From positions 100,192,001 to 100,256,000 of the forward strand of contig NC_043004.1 in assembly GCF_006345805.1 (NCBI RefSeq): 64,000 nt of DNA, written 5' to 3'. Both the position numbers and the translations under genes were made by a program. The notes beneath the pieces are model-generated. The model was not told the DNA's origin. It did not search any database and saw nothing but the letters and a program-made list of their open reading frames with translations. Positions within the stretch are counted from its first letter, which is position 1. Each line of letters starts with the position of its first letter. Shown here piece by piece: positions 40,121-52,865 of this stretch. The stretch is from Octopus sinensis (Eukaryota).

Positions 40121-40657
40121 AATTTTTCTATTCCTGAGCGTTATACTAATATATCTGTGTTTGTTTTGTACACCACCTCTCTTCGTCTTTTGTTTTTTTT
40201 CGTAAACTCCCCCTGTGTGTTTGTGTACGTCTATGCGAACGTGTATGTGTGTATGTGTGCGCGAACATGGGTTTGTGTATCTGTGTGTGTGTATCTTTGT
40301 GCGTGTGCATATTCTTCCACCGCTTGGTAACCTGTGTTGCTGTGTTTACGTCCCATAACTTAGCGGCTTCGAGATTATAAAGATCGATGGAATAAGTACT
40401 AGAGTTTAAAACACAAGTACTAGGGTCGATCATATTTACTATTCCTGTCAAGGCGATGCTTCAGCATGGCCGCAGTCCAATGACTGAAATAATTAGAGAT
40501 AAAAGACAAATTCTATTCTCTGTTTTTCTTTTATGTCTTCCATTTGTTTTATTCTTCCTATCTCAATTATTTAATCTTACTTCTTATTGTCATGAATTAT
40601 TTCTTTATTTCTTTCTTATTCAATCATTCTTTCTGTCTTCCGAACACCTTTTATATG

Positions 40658-40800
40658 TGCTTACGAACCACATGGTTCCCGGTTCAGTCCCAGTTCGTGG
40701 CACCTTGGACAAGTGTCTTCTAGTATAGCCACGATCCGACCAAAGCCTTGTGAGTGGATTTGGTAGAAGGAAACTAAAAAAAGCCCGTCGCATATATATG

Positions 40801-40832
<32 letters not shown>

Positions 40833-41088
40833 ATATGTATGTATGTTTGTATGTATGTGTGTGTATATGTTTGTGTGTCTGTGTTTGTCCTCCCAACATC
40901 GCTTGACAACCGATGCTGGTGTATTTACGTTCCCGTAACGAAGCGGTTCGGCAAAAGAGATCGATAGAATAAGTACTAGGCTTACAAAGAATAAGTCCTG
41001 GAGTCGATTTGCTCGACTAAAGACGGTGCTCCAGCATGGCTACAGTCAAATGGCTGAAACAAGTAAAAGAGTAAAAGAGAGTAAAGAG
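40658..41088 (+). mobile_element. SINE family B
   Basis: Match to the family consensus including the AAAAGAGT tail. Confidence 0.9.
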
Positions 41089-41122
41089 TATATATTCTTT
41101 TTTCATTATACTTCGTGTTTCT

Positions 41123-41515
41123 AAGGCGGCGAGCTGGCAGAAACGCCACGCAAAATGCTTGATAGAAACGTTAGCACGCCGGGCGAAATGCTTAGCGGTA
41201 TTTCGTCTGCGTTACGTTGTGAGTTCAAATTCCGCCGAGGTCGACTTTGCCTTTCATCCTTTCGGGGTCGATAAATTAAGTACCAGTTACGCACTGGGGT
41301 CGATGTAATAGACTTAATACCTATGTCTCTCTTTGTTTGCCCCCTCTGTGTTTAGCCCCTTGTGGGTAATAAAGAAATAGGTATTTCGTCCAATTTTTAT
41401 ATTCTGAGTTGGAATTCCGCCGAGGTCCACTTAGCCGTTCATCCTTTTGGAGTCGATAAAATAAGTACCAGTTGAATACTGGGGGTCGATGTAAACGACT
41501 TGCCATCTTACCCGA
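41123..41515 (+). mobile_element. SINE family A (two core units)
   Basis: AAGGCGGCGAGCTGGCAGAAACG head, B-box and core present twice. Confidence 0.9.
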
Positions 41516-41576
41516 ACTTATCAAACAATTTATTTCCTGATAGTTTGAACAAAACCAACGGCTTGCTTTTAGGTTC

Positions 41577-41619
41577 AAAGTCCTGATGAGGCACAACATG
41601 TTGAAACACTGGCGACCTT
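41577..41619 (+). ncRNA. Degenerate type I hammerhead motif
   Basis: AAAGTC-CTGATGA-GGCA(caaca)TGTT-GAAA-CACTG-GC-GACCTT. Stem I has one mismatch and U16.1 is lost. Confidence 0.45.
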
Positions 41620-43578
41620 AAATGCCGTGTGCTAATGGGCACATCATTCGAGTACACACTGTAATCGAAAAGGTAGAAGTTATTCTCTTAAGACGTACAC
41701 CACAGCGACCAGTATATTTTGCGTCAGAACTGCCTAAACGTGTTTAGAATAAATAGTCATATAATCGCTCCAGATCTATCTCTCCGTACACGTTAGAAAT
41801 AACAATTTTTTTTTAATTATTTCCTTTTCAATCTATCATTAGTTTCTTATCCTCAACTCATTCCTTTCTGTTCTTTATTCTTTCACTTGAATTTTAAAAT
41901 TTCCTTTGCATATTTATACTCTAAAATTTCTCGTTCTCTCTTTTTCTTCGCCCTGTCTCATTTTTATTTTTTTTCTCATTACATTTCGTTCATTTCTGTC
42001 ATTTTTTCTTCAGTTATTCTAAATTATTTATTCCATTCATAGACCGTCTCGTTAGTATTTCTGTCTATCGTAATTTTCTCTTCACTATTGTCTTTCATAT
42101 TCACCATCTAGCATCCTTCTTTATTGTGTTCTTTCATTCGCTTCTTTCCTTTTTATTGTTCTCATTCGTTCTCTTCATTTTAATCATTCCCTTTAACTTT
42201 CATTCTCTCTTTTCTTCGTTATTATTATTATTATTATTATTATTTTATTATTATATTTTATTATTATTATTATATTATTATTATTATAATTATTATATTA
42301 TTATTTCATTATATTAGTATTATTATTATTATTTTATATTATTATTATTATTATTATTTTTCTTTTTTTTTCCTACGCTCCTTACTGTGTATTCCTTTTT
42401 ACAGTCTCTCTTTACTTTTCTCTTGAATTTTCTCTTTCTTCCTGCATATTCCTATCACTTCTACACCTTTATCTCTTTTGCTCATGTTTCATTCATTTGC
42501 ATTTTTTTTTCTCTTATTCATTTGCCCTATTCCATTCAATCAGTCTTCCGTAATTTCTTTTGTATTTTCTTTCAATCTCTCCTTCCATTAACTTTATATG
42601 CACGCGCATGCACACATACGCAATCACTCAAATTTTCGGTTAGAATTTCATTTTCGAGTTCCTTTTAAATCCATTTCCTTATTTTCCCCCTCCTTACTTT
42701 TTCATTCTTCATTAAATTCCTTCCAGTTGTAAACGTCTGTCCCTCGCTCATTAATTCTTCCGTTTATTCATCCCCCCCCCGCCACCATCACCATAATTTT
42801 TCTAGGGTTTATTTCTTAGTTTCTTCCATTTTCTTTGCTCCTTTCTCAATCCCTGGTCTTGTCTTCCTTCTTTCCGTACGCCATTTTTTTAACCGTTCGC
42901 CCTTTATTTCCTTTCAAATAAACCTCTCCTTCATTATTGTCCTTGACGTCTTACATTATTCATTCTTTATCTTCTCGCATTTCCTTTCTTTCAAATGAAA
43001 TGTTTAATTTCCTTCTATCCATATTTTCTTCAGGTCAGCCTTCCTATTTTTCCTTCGTATATTTCCTTTCTTGAATTGACGTCTTTTCAATTCTTTCTAT
43101 ATTTCACTTGATTTTTGAACTTAACTTCTTTTTATCATTCTTTCGTTATTCTTTATTCTTCCCACATTTTCGTTCTTGCTCATCTTTTGATCTCTCTTCT
43201 TTTACTTTTCCCTACGCTGTTTGTCCCAATATCACTTCTATTTTATCTTTGTCGTTTCTTCAACTCTTTCTCTTTAGTTTATACACATTTCGTCCATCTT
43301 TCTATACTCTCATTTCTGCTATCGTTCATCTTCTCTTTCATTGTTTCGTTATTGTATTCACGACAATATTTCTACTTTCTTGTTTCTTGTTTCTTTCTTT
43401 TCTTTCCTCTTCCTTTCTTTTCAGTGATTGTATAATTCTTTCCTTCATTTTTAAGTTTATTCAAAACTTCCTTCGATTCAGCGAACATCTGTATTTTTCT
43501 TTACATACCTTTGTCTTTACATTTCCTCTTTCCTGTTCACATCATCACACACTCTCTCTCTCTCTAGCCATTTTACGG

Positions 43579-43632
<54 letters not shown>

Positions 43633-43689
43633 ATATATACAAATATATATACACATATATATATATATAGATGTATATATATATATATA

Positions 43690-43942
43690 AACATATATAT
43701 TATATATATTATATATATATACACACATATATATATAGAGAGAGGGAGAGAGAGGAGAGAGGTAGATAGATAGATAGATAGATAGATAGATATACATATA
43801 CATAAATACATATATATATATATATAATATTATATATATATATATATATATATACTTATATATATTCATATGTGTGCGTGTGTGTGTGTGTACCACATCT
43901 GTTCTGTTCCCTTTCCCTTCACGCTTTATTTCTGTCTGCATC

Positions 43943-43980
<38 letters not shown>

Positions 43981-44621
43981 CCAAAATCACTATGCTGAAA
44001 TATTCCTTCAAGACACGAAATACCATTTGCCGAGCCTGCTGGGAATTAATTCCACGGGTTTATGTTAAAACATAAAAGAGACATATTCAGATGCATAGTT
44101 ACGCTAGACAAAAGCATATCTCCGCCAACAGTCGGCGAGTCATAGAGAAAACAGCGTAAGACATAGAAATTCTAAGTTAAAATTGTTATATAAAAACATA
44201 CAAAGAAATGATAGCAGAGCAAGAAACTGCGTGTTTTGGCCATAAATTGTGACAATGTTTTGTGCTTACGTAAGAATTTGCAATGAATATCGAATTTGTG
44301 TGAAGGTTTTCAACAGTGGGTTGGAGAGGGTGAGACCTATATGGAGAGTTATAACCTTGGCATTTCACCTACACACACTCTCATATATATCTACATGCGT
44401 TCTCATATACGCAAAAGCATAGTAATATATTAAATGACACATACACTTAGATGTGGTATATCTGTGTATGTGTCTGTATATATATATATATGTATATATA
44501 TATATTACACATATATATATATATATTATATATATACACACATATATATATAGAGAGAGGGAGAGAGAGGGAGAGAGGTAGATAGATAGATAGATAGATA
44601 GATAGATATACATATACATAA

Positions 44622-44665
<44 letters not shown>

Positions 44666-44763
44666 TATATATATACTTATATATATTCATATGTGTGCGT
44701 GTGGTGTGTGTGTACCACATCTGTTCTGTCCCTTTCCCTTCACGCTTTATTTCTGTCTGCATC

Positions 44764-44799
<36 letters not shown>

Positions 44800-45310
44800 C
44801 CAAAATCACTATGTGGAAATATCCTTCAAGACACGAAATACCATTTGCCGAGCCTGCTGGGAATTAATTCCACGGGTTTATGTTAAAACATAAAAGAGAC
44901 ATATTCAGATGCATAGTTACGCTAGACAAAAGCATATCTCCGCCAACAGTCGGCGAGTCATAGAGAAAACAGCGTAAGACATAGAAATTCTAAGTTAAAA
45001 TTGTTATATAAAAACATACAAAGAAATGATAGCAGAGCAAGAAACTGCGTGTTTTGGCCATAAATTGTGACAATGTTTTGTGCTTACGTAAGATTTGCAA
45101 TGAATATCGAATTTGTGTGAAGGTTTTCAACAGTGGGTTGGAGAGGGTGAGACCTATATGGAGAGTTATAACCTTGGCATTTCACCTACACACACTCTCA
45201 TATATATCTACATGCGTTCTCATATACGCAAAAGCATAGTAATATATTAAATGACACATACACTTAGATGTGGTATATCTGTGTATGTGTCTGTATATAT
45301 ATATATATGT
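43690..45310 (+). repeat. ~820-bp near-identical tandem duplication
   Basis: GGGAATTAATTCCACGGG at 44041 and 44859 (offset 818). Copies differ mainly by 1-nt indels and microsatellite length. Confidence 0.9.
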
Positions 45311-45540
45311 GTGTGTGTGTATGTGTGTATATAGATACATATACACGCACATGTAGACGCAGGCACACACATAAGTTTTACTGTACTACATTATAGTATT
45401 ATGTGTAATAAAGCAAACACTGTCTTACCTGTAATACACATACGTGCACACCTATGCATGTATATATGTATATATATATATGTATGTATACGTGAGTTGA
45501 GTATGGTTATATATGTGAGTGTGTGTGAGTGTTTCTATAC

Positions 45541-45576
<36 letters not shown>

Positions 45577-46903
45577 GTAGACAAACAGACAGACAGGCAG
45601 GCAGGCAGACGGACAGATAGACAGACAAACAGACAGATAGATAGATAGATAAATTGATAGATGGATAGATAGATAGATAGATAGATAGATGGATAGATAC
45701 ATACATACATACATACATACATACATACATACATACATACATACATACATACATACAATTGCACACATAGATTTATATCTGAATGTATATGCATTACTAA
45801 CGCAGAAATATACACGTATGAACATATAGTTAGAGAGGAATATTAAACTATACCTTTTCTTTTAGTGCTCTCATTATTTGAACTTCCGGTGCTACTGATG
45901 TGTAGATTTCAAAGGATTTAGTTGGTCATGACTTTGGAACATTTTTCAGTATTTGTCACTTATTATTTGTCGAACCGCTACGTCACGAACATAGATGCAT
46001 GTTAGTGTTAGTAACACTGTTTTCAGTCCTCATTTGAAGAGTGAAGATACGCATGCACGCACATAAAGACATATATACGCGCACTCGCACACATGAATGC
46101 TGGATGAATATACTCAGCGGGAGACAAGGAGTGAGAAAGAGTGAAAGAGAGAGAAAGAGAGAGTGGGAAAAGTGAGAGATATATTGAAAGAGAAATTCTT
46201 TGTACAGACGTTATTGATGGACAAAAATTACTTAGCATAACAAACCTTTGATGTATATATCATTATCTCTTTAAAATATTATATTCAACCTTCCCATCGC
46301 GCATGCGATGAGAAGGTTAAATAGAACCTTAATATACATTGTTGATAGCCTGGAGAATTGATGGCTATTGCTAAACTGACTCATCCCACTAAGCGTAAAT
46401 GAACTTGGCGAAAGCATTACACCTCTACTGATCACTTAAGATTAAGATCTCACTGGTTTCACAGCATGCTAGAAATAGGATGTCAAATCTTGCTAGGTAA
46501 AAACCTATTGAGTGAAAAAGATAACGTTATTGGATACACTACATCTAGAAAGAAGACGAGATCGTTATGGATGGATCACATAATTATAGATATATTCAGT
46601 CAAGACAAGACACGCATTTGATTAAATAACGGCAATGAGTTGACCTTCACGTGATAATTCTATATGCTAGAAAAGAACTACAAGGTCCTCTTCGAATCAT
46701 TAAACTCCAGCGTCTTAAAGACTTAAAGATACATTAGATAGATATGCAGTTCTGTCTCGGCTGTATTTGAAACAAAAGTAGGTTGGTCATACATTTGATC
46801 ATAGATATATCAAATACATCATATCGTTCGATATAACACGGTACAGTTTATTCTTTGTATGTATGTGTGTGTGTGTATGTGTGTGTATGTGTGTGTGTGT
46901 GTG

Positions 46904-46937
<34 letters not shown>

Positions 46938-47614
46938 GTGTATGCATGCATGTATGTATGTATAGCATTTTTGGTGTCTCCGATGTCTAAGCTCTTACAG
47001 CCCTGAACCACAGCTCAAAAACTTAGGGACTGCTTTCCCAAATCGAATAAAATAGCAGAGAATTATTAAGATCAATTTAATTGATAAAAATATTCTCAAT
47101 TTGGCCTTGTATGAAAATTAGAAATCATCATCATCACCGTCGTCATCATCGTCGTCGTCATCGTCATCGTTATCATCATCGTCTTCATCTTCTTTGTTAT
47201 ATTCTCAAAAGACAATGTCGTGACGAAAGCAGCTCTTAAACCAAAATATATAAATACGTAAATGATCTTTTATATATTTCTATATTCTGAATTAAAATTA
47301 AAATTCTAACATGAATCAATCATGATATGAAGTCAATTCAATGAATTCTAATTTTTTTTTGTTTTGTTTTTTTTTTGTTGCCAAAATCCGAAATTATTGT
47401 TGTGTTTCTTCACATTTTTGCGTGTAAAATGTAGGCTCAATATTTCAGCATGGTGTTTTTTACTATTTTTTCACCTACATATTCCGGTTGCTGAAGTATT
47501 CGCGTGGCAACAATACAATCAATTGATCTAAATTTTGGATCAAAGCCCCTTCAAGTTCGTGGTACATTTCCTGACTATATTCTAATATATTCTAAGAAAC
47601 TGATAGCTGAGCGA

Positions 47615-47995
47615 GCCACATGTTTCCAGGTTCAGTCCCACTGCGTGGCACCTTGGGCAAGTGTCTTCTACTATGGCCTTGGGCCGACCAAAGCCCTGTG
47701 AGTGAATTTGGTAGACGGAAACTGAAAGAAGCCCGTCGTATATGTATATTTATATATGTATGTGTGTGTATATGTTTGTGTATCTGAGCTTGTCCCCACC
47801 AACATCGCTTGACAACCGATGCTGGTGTGTTTACGTCCCCGTAACGTAGCGGTTCGGCAAAAGGGACCGATAGAATAAGTAGTAGGCTTACAAAGAATGA
47901 GTCCTGGGGGTCGATTTGCTCGACTAAAGGCGGTGCTCCAACATGGCCACGGTCAAATGACTGAAACAAGTAACAGAGTAAAAGAGTAAAAGAGT
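47615..47995 (+). mobile_element. SINE family B
   Basis: Match to the family consensus. Confidence 0.9.
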
Positions 47996-48179
47996 ATATA
48001 TGATCATATACATACATCATTGTAAGAGGGAAGTTCATAGATATTTATATTTATGCACTATCACTCGCATACGCAGATGGAGATGTACATGGAGGTGTCC
48101 ATGTAGGCATACATGTAGGCGCTACATGTAGGTATGAAAAAAAGCCACGAGCGCACACGCGCAAACACAGACACAGCCT

Positions 48180-49189
48180 TCAATAGATGCAGGAACGCAA
48201 AAGCGCACAAGCAGACACGTACAACTCACACACGCAGACGTGCAGCACACACACAAATGCACACAGACGCACATACATAGACTCATTCACACGCATACAT
48301 TTACACACACACGCGCGCATGCACATACACAAGCACACCCATACGCAAACACATGCACGTACACGCATACACAAACATATACACTCACGCACACACATAC
48401 GCAGGCACATACACGCACGCATGCACATACACACACGCATGCACATATACACGCACGCTGATACACACACATACGCATGCACACACGCACACACACACAC
48501 ACGTGCACACAAGCACGCACACACAAACATGTATACATACATACATACATACACTCACATATATACCCACGCGCACGCACAGATGCACACAGGCGCCCGC
48601 ACGCACATGCACACGCACGCACACTTACACACACACACACTCAAGCACGCATGCACACACACACACATACACTCACATACACGTACGCATGCGTGCATGC
48701 ACACATACACACCCACACACTCACACACTCATGCACGCACCAAATACATGCATACACGCACACACTTATCTATCTATACATTTAGCTAGCTTACACAGAC
48801 ACGCACTCATACATATTCATGCAGGCATGCACACCTATACACTGAGAAGCATGCACATGTCGCATACATACACACAATCGCACGCGCAAATTTATCCATA
48901 GAGACGTACCCAAATCGACATCTAAATATAGGAACACACAAACACACGCGCGCATGTGCAGGTGCACAGAAGCACACACACACACACACACAAACGAATG
49001 CACATACTCTCTTTTCCTCTCTCCTCTCTCTCTCTCTCTCTCTTCTCTCCTCTGATTCTTTATTTGCCTCTTACACGCGCACATACGCACAAACATGTAT
49101 GCAGACATACTCAATTATATTTACAGACACATGAACACACACACACAGACACACACACAAACACACACACACACACACGCACACGCATG

Positions 49190-49235
<46 letters not shown>
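48180..49235. repeat. Degenerate (CA/CG)-rich purine-pyrimidine alternating tract, ~1 kb
   Basis: Direct reading; source of the HTHT/CVCV ORFs. Confidence 0.9.
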
Positions 49236-49556
49236 ATAGCTTAACTCTGACAGTTTAACTGCCAGAGGTGAGGATTCATGGATCAAATTACACTCGACTC
49301 CATGAAATAAAGCCGGCAGCTAATGCTAGCAATTATCACACAGCGGTGATATCAATACCATCACTGTCCACAGTTAATGATATCAGTATCGCCACTGTCC
49401 ACAGTTAATGATATCCATTATTGCTGGAATAACATTGGTGTACCGTGTACCACCGTATGCGAGTAATTGTATGTGTGAGTAAGCATTTTGTATATATGTT
49501 TCTATGCGAACATGTCTGTTAATAAATAACTAGAATTGTCGCTAAACAAATGAACA

Positions 49557-49587
<31 letters not shown>

Positions 49588-49617
49588 CACACACACACAC
49601 ACATATATATATATATA

Positions 49618-49654
<37 letters not shown>

Positions 49655-49665
49655 TATGTATGTGT

Positions 49666-49985
49666 AGCCGCATGGCTCATTGTTTAGAGCAAGTGGCTCA
49701 CAATCATGAGGTAGTGATTTCGATTCTCGAACCTGGCTGTGGTGTTGTGTTCTTGAGCAAGACACTTTATTTCAGGTTGCTCCAGTTCACACAGATGTCG
49801 AAATGAGTTGCTTGTACCAAGCTGTATCGGCCGTCGCCTTTCCTTTGGACAACATCAGTGGCGTGGAAAAAAGCAACAGGTATACACGAGTGACTGCTGT
49901 TCTTCCATAAACAACCTTACTCCGACTTGTGCCTCGGAGGAGAACTTTCTACGTGCATTTGTGACCGACAGGTGTCTTTACCCTT
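49666..49985 (+). mobile_element. Decayed tRNA-derived CORE-like SINE
   Basis: A/B-box-like head (TGGCTCATTG...TTCGATTCTC), then GTGTTGTGTTCTTGAGCAAGACACTTTA. Confidence 0.6.
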
Positions 49986-50370
49986 TAAGACATACATTAA
50001 CAACGGGATGTATATTTATATATACGTATGTACGTGCGTATGTATGTACGAATGTACAAAAACAAAGGTTCTTATAATTTTCTTGATAGTGACTTCGAAT
50101 TTTCGCCAGTGGTGCCTTATTCAGATTGTTTCAAAGAAGCAGGAAAAAAAAAACATTTTTAAGTAGACAATTGAACTATTTGAAATAGCAGCGTTAATTC
50201 CCTCGTAGATTATTGTAATTTTAGTACATTATTACTATATATTTTATATTCGAGATTGAAGGAGACAAGCGCAACAGCACTTTGAACGCATTTTACTGAA
50301 ATCTAATTGTTACAACTAACAAGTTTGCAGAATGCTGTCGGAACGTTTGGAAGCTCAATAGGAAATAAAA

Positions 50371-51262
50371 TTTTGTGCTAGACCGGAAGTTTTTTACCTC
50401 ACAAGATTTCTGGACCCCAGTTATGAACTCATTTGCATATAGCCAATCAGAGCTCAACTATCAAACTAATTTATGAGCGCATAACAAGTGATGGGCGATA
50501 AGATACGGTCACTCGGAAAAGGAAAGACCATGCTTCTTTTCTCATTTAAGAAAGTTTTTTGTTCTTGCTTCAACCATGTAAGAGGGAAGTTCATAGATAT
50601 TTATATTTATGCAGTATCACTCGCATACGCAGATGGAGATGTACATGGAGATGTCCATGTAGATCATATAAAAAATACATACATGTAGGCATGAAAAAAA
50701 GAAGCCATGAGTACACGCGCGCAAACACAGACACACACGTAGGCTAAAACGTATGCATGGAAGCAGTCCACAATGAAAGCTGGAACGCAAAAGCGCACAA
50801 GCACACACGTATAACTCACACACTCAGACGTGCAGCACACACACACACACACATGCACACCGTCGCACATACATAGACTCATTTGCACGCATAATTCACA
50901 CACACGCGCGCGTTATTTGTGGCTGCCTTTGCGGAGTTATTTGCGTTGCTGTTTACTTTGCTAGCACATCACCTTCTACCCACATTTTCCCCATCCACAT
51001 CTTTACCATATGGGAACCCTAACAAGATCCGATATTCCTTATAGATGTAAATCTGTCTAATTACTTGTCCCCTTCTAAAATCAGACATAACTTGGCGATC
51101 TGTCGACTTACAACACCGTTCTTCGTCTTGAGTTTATTTGGTAGAATGTGCTTGTTAACTTGACAACAAGGTTAGAATGAGCTCTGATTGGTTGTATGCA
51201 AATGAGTTCATTACTGTTGTCCGGGACTCACGAGGGAAACAAATTTCGCGACCGAGCAGAAA
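50371..51262. mobile_element. Old TIR element (~90-bp diverged TIRs) enclosing a copy of nearby sequence
   Basis: ATGAACTCATTTGCATATAGCCAATCAGAGCTCA at about 50423-50456 pairs with TGAGCTCTGATTGGTTGTATGCAAATGAGTTCAT at about 51178-51211. Internal 50577-50910 resembles 48021-48320. Confidence 0.6.
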
Positions 51263-51607
51263 TGCTACAGAGACTTATGAAATGAGCCAGTATAATGAGT
51301 CTTTTTTGAACGAATACTATCTAGGATACGCTGTATAAGAGCTATTATCTTCAGTAGTTCTGAGAAATAATGCTAAAATGCACAGATTACATATCGGCAC
51401 AGGATTCTCGTCTGCACTAGTGTTAGGATGATTGTATCACGTGATTTCAGTATAGTTTCGCAACATCACCAATAGATATCTAAACAACGATTGCTAGGAT
51501 GAAATCTCCGCAAACCAGTATATTTTAACTCTGACTCTTGGATCTGTACACACACACACACACACACAACACATACACACACCATCTATATATATATATA
51601 TATATAT

Positions 51608-51750
51608 ATATTCCGGCGTGTGTTTGTGTGAGTGTGTGTTATGTGTGAAGATGTATACGCAACCATATATTATATATATATATATATATATGGTTGCGTA
51701 TACATCTTCATACATATACACACACTCACACAAACACACGCCAGAATATA
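51608..51750. repeat. Short inverted repeat centred on (TA)n
   Basis: GGCGTGTGTTTGTGTGAGTGTGTGT...GAAGATGTATACGCAACCATATA versus TATATGGTTGCGTATACATCTTCA...ACACACTCACACAAACACACGCC. Confidence 0.8.
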
Positions 51751-51831
51751 TATATATATGTGTGACCTCGTGAGTACCGCTGGCGATTTTTTTCCTCTGT
51801 CTTCCCTTCTCGGGATCTTTCCTTCTCCTAT

Positions 51832-51866
51832 GTTTCCGACGAAGAGCTCCGCTCGAAACGTTAAAC
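51832..51866 (+). ncRNA. Minimal hammerhead-like motif in a ~195-bp element (about 51760-51955) inserted in (TA)n
   Basis: GTTT-CCGACGA-A-GAGC(tcc)GCTC-GAAA-CG-TT-AAAC; identical motif at 59107-59141. Confidence 0.6.
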
Positions 51867-51951
51867 CCTCCTTCTTCCCTTCTTTCCTGAGCGTCCAATA
51901 ATACTTTATTTGTTCCTCGTCCTCGCGTTGTTGTTGTGTTCTTGTTTGGAT

Positions 51952-52000
<49 letters not shown>

Positions 52001-52314
52001 ATGTCTGTGTATGTTTACCATATATGTATGGTTCGTTAGGTCAGTAACTAAATTTGGTTTCCATCTCGTTAAGCAGGTTAGGTATAAACATGATGGTTTA
52101 TCTATGAATGTCTTAACCACAAACCTGTAAATTATTCTACAGTGAGGTGAAAATACGCTTTGCTCATTTGGTCGTATACATATAATCAAAGGTTTATAGC
52201 GATATATGGAAATATAAACTTTCTTATATTAGCTTGTATTCCAATAACTCCTCTTTCTCTCGCGCGTACCTGCAATATTTCTGTGTGTTCATTCTTCTGT
52301 TCTTTTATTCTTTT

Positions 52315-52865
52315 ATGCTTTTACTCGTTTCAGTCATTTGATTCTAGAGCAGCGCCTTTTGTCGAATAATTCTACCCTAGGACTTATTATTTGTAAGCCT
52401 AGTACTTATTCTATCGGTTTCTTTTGCCGAACCGCTAGGTTACGGGGACGTAAACACAGCAGCATCCGCTGTGAATCGATGGTGAGGGACAAACACAGAC
52501 ACACAAATATACAAATACACGCATACACACACACACACACAAACACCCATCCCCATATATATATATATATATATATATATACGACGGGCTTCTTTCAGCT
52601 TCCGTCTGCCACATCCACCCCAGAACTTATTCTTTTTAAGTCCAGTACTTATTCAATCGGTCTGTTTAGCCGAATCGCTAAGTCACAGGTACATAAACAC
52701 ACCAGCAACGGTTGTCAAGCAATGCCAAAGGTGGGGTTGCAAACACGCACTCATGTACAGACACACACACACATTTATAAATATATACATATACGTATAA
52801 CACGGACTTCTTTCCGTTTTTGGTCTACCAAACCCACTCAAAAGCTTTGGTCGGCACGAGACTAT
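52315..52865 (-). mobile_element. SINE family B, decayed and partly duplicated
   Basis: Two rounds of AAG.C.AGTACTTATTC.ATCGGT...GCCGAA.CGCTA. Confidence 0.75.

Noticed and set aside
43108-43773. 221-aa hydrophobic ORF as a membrane protein
   Set aside because: The F/L/S/I bias comes from the T/C-rich tract, and the ORF ends in (TA)n.
46468-46480. GCTAGAAATAG resembling the Cas9 sgRNA scaffold
   Set aside because: Only an 11-nt match with no remaining scaffold; it resembles the local GAAATAGC repeat motif.
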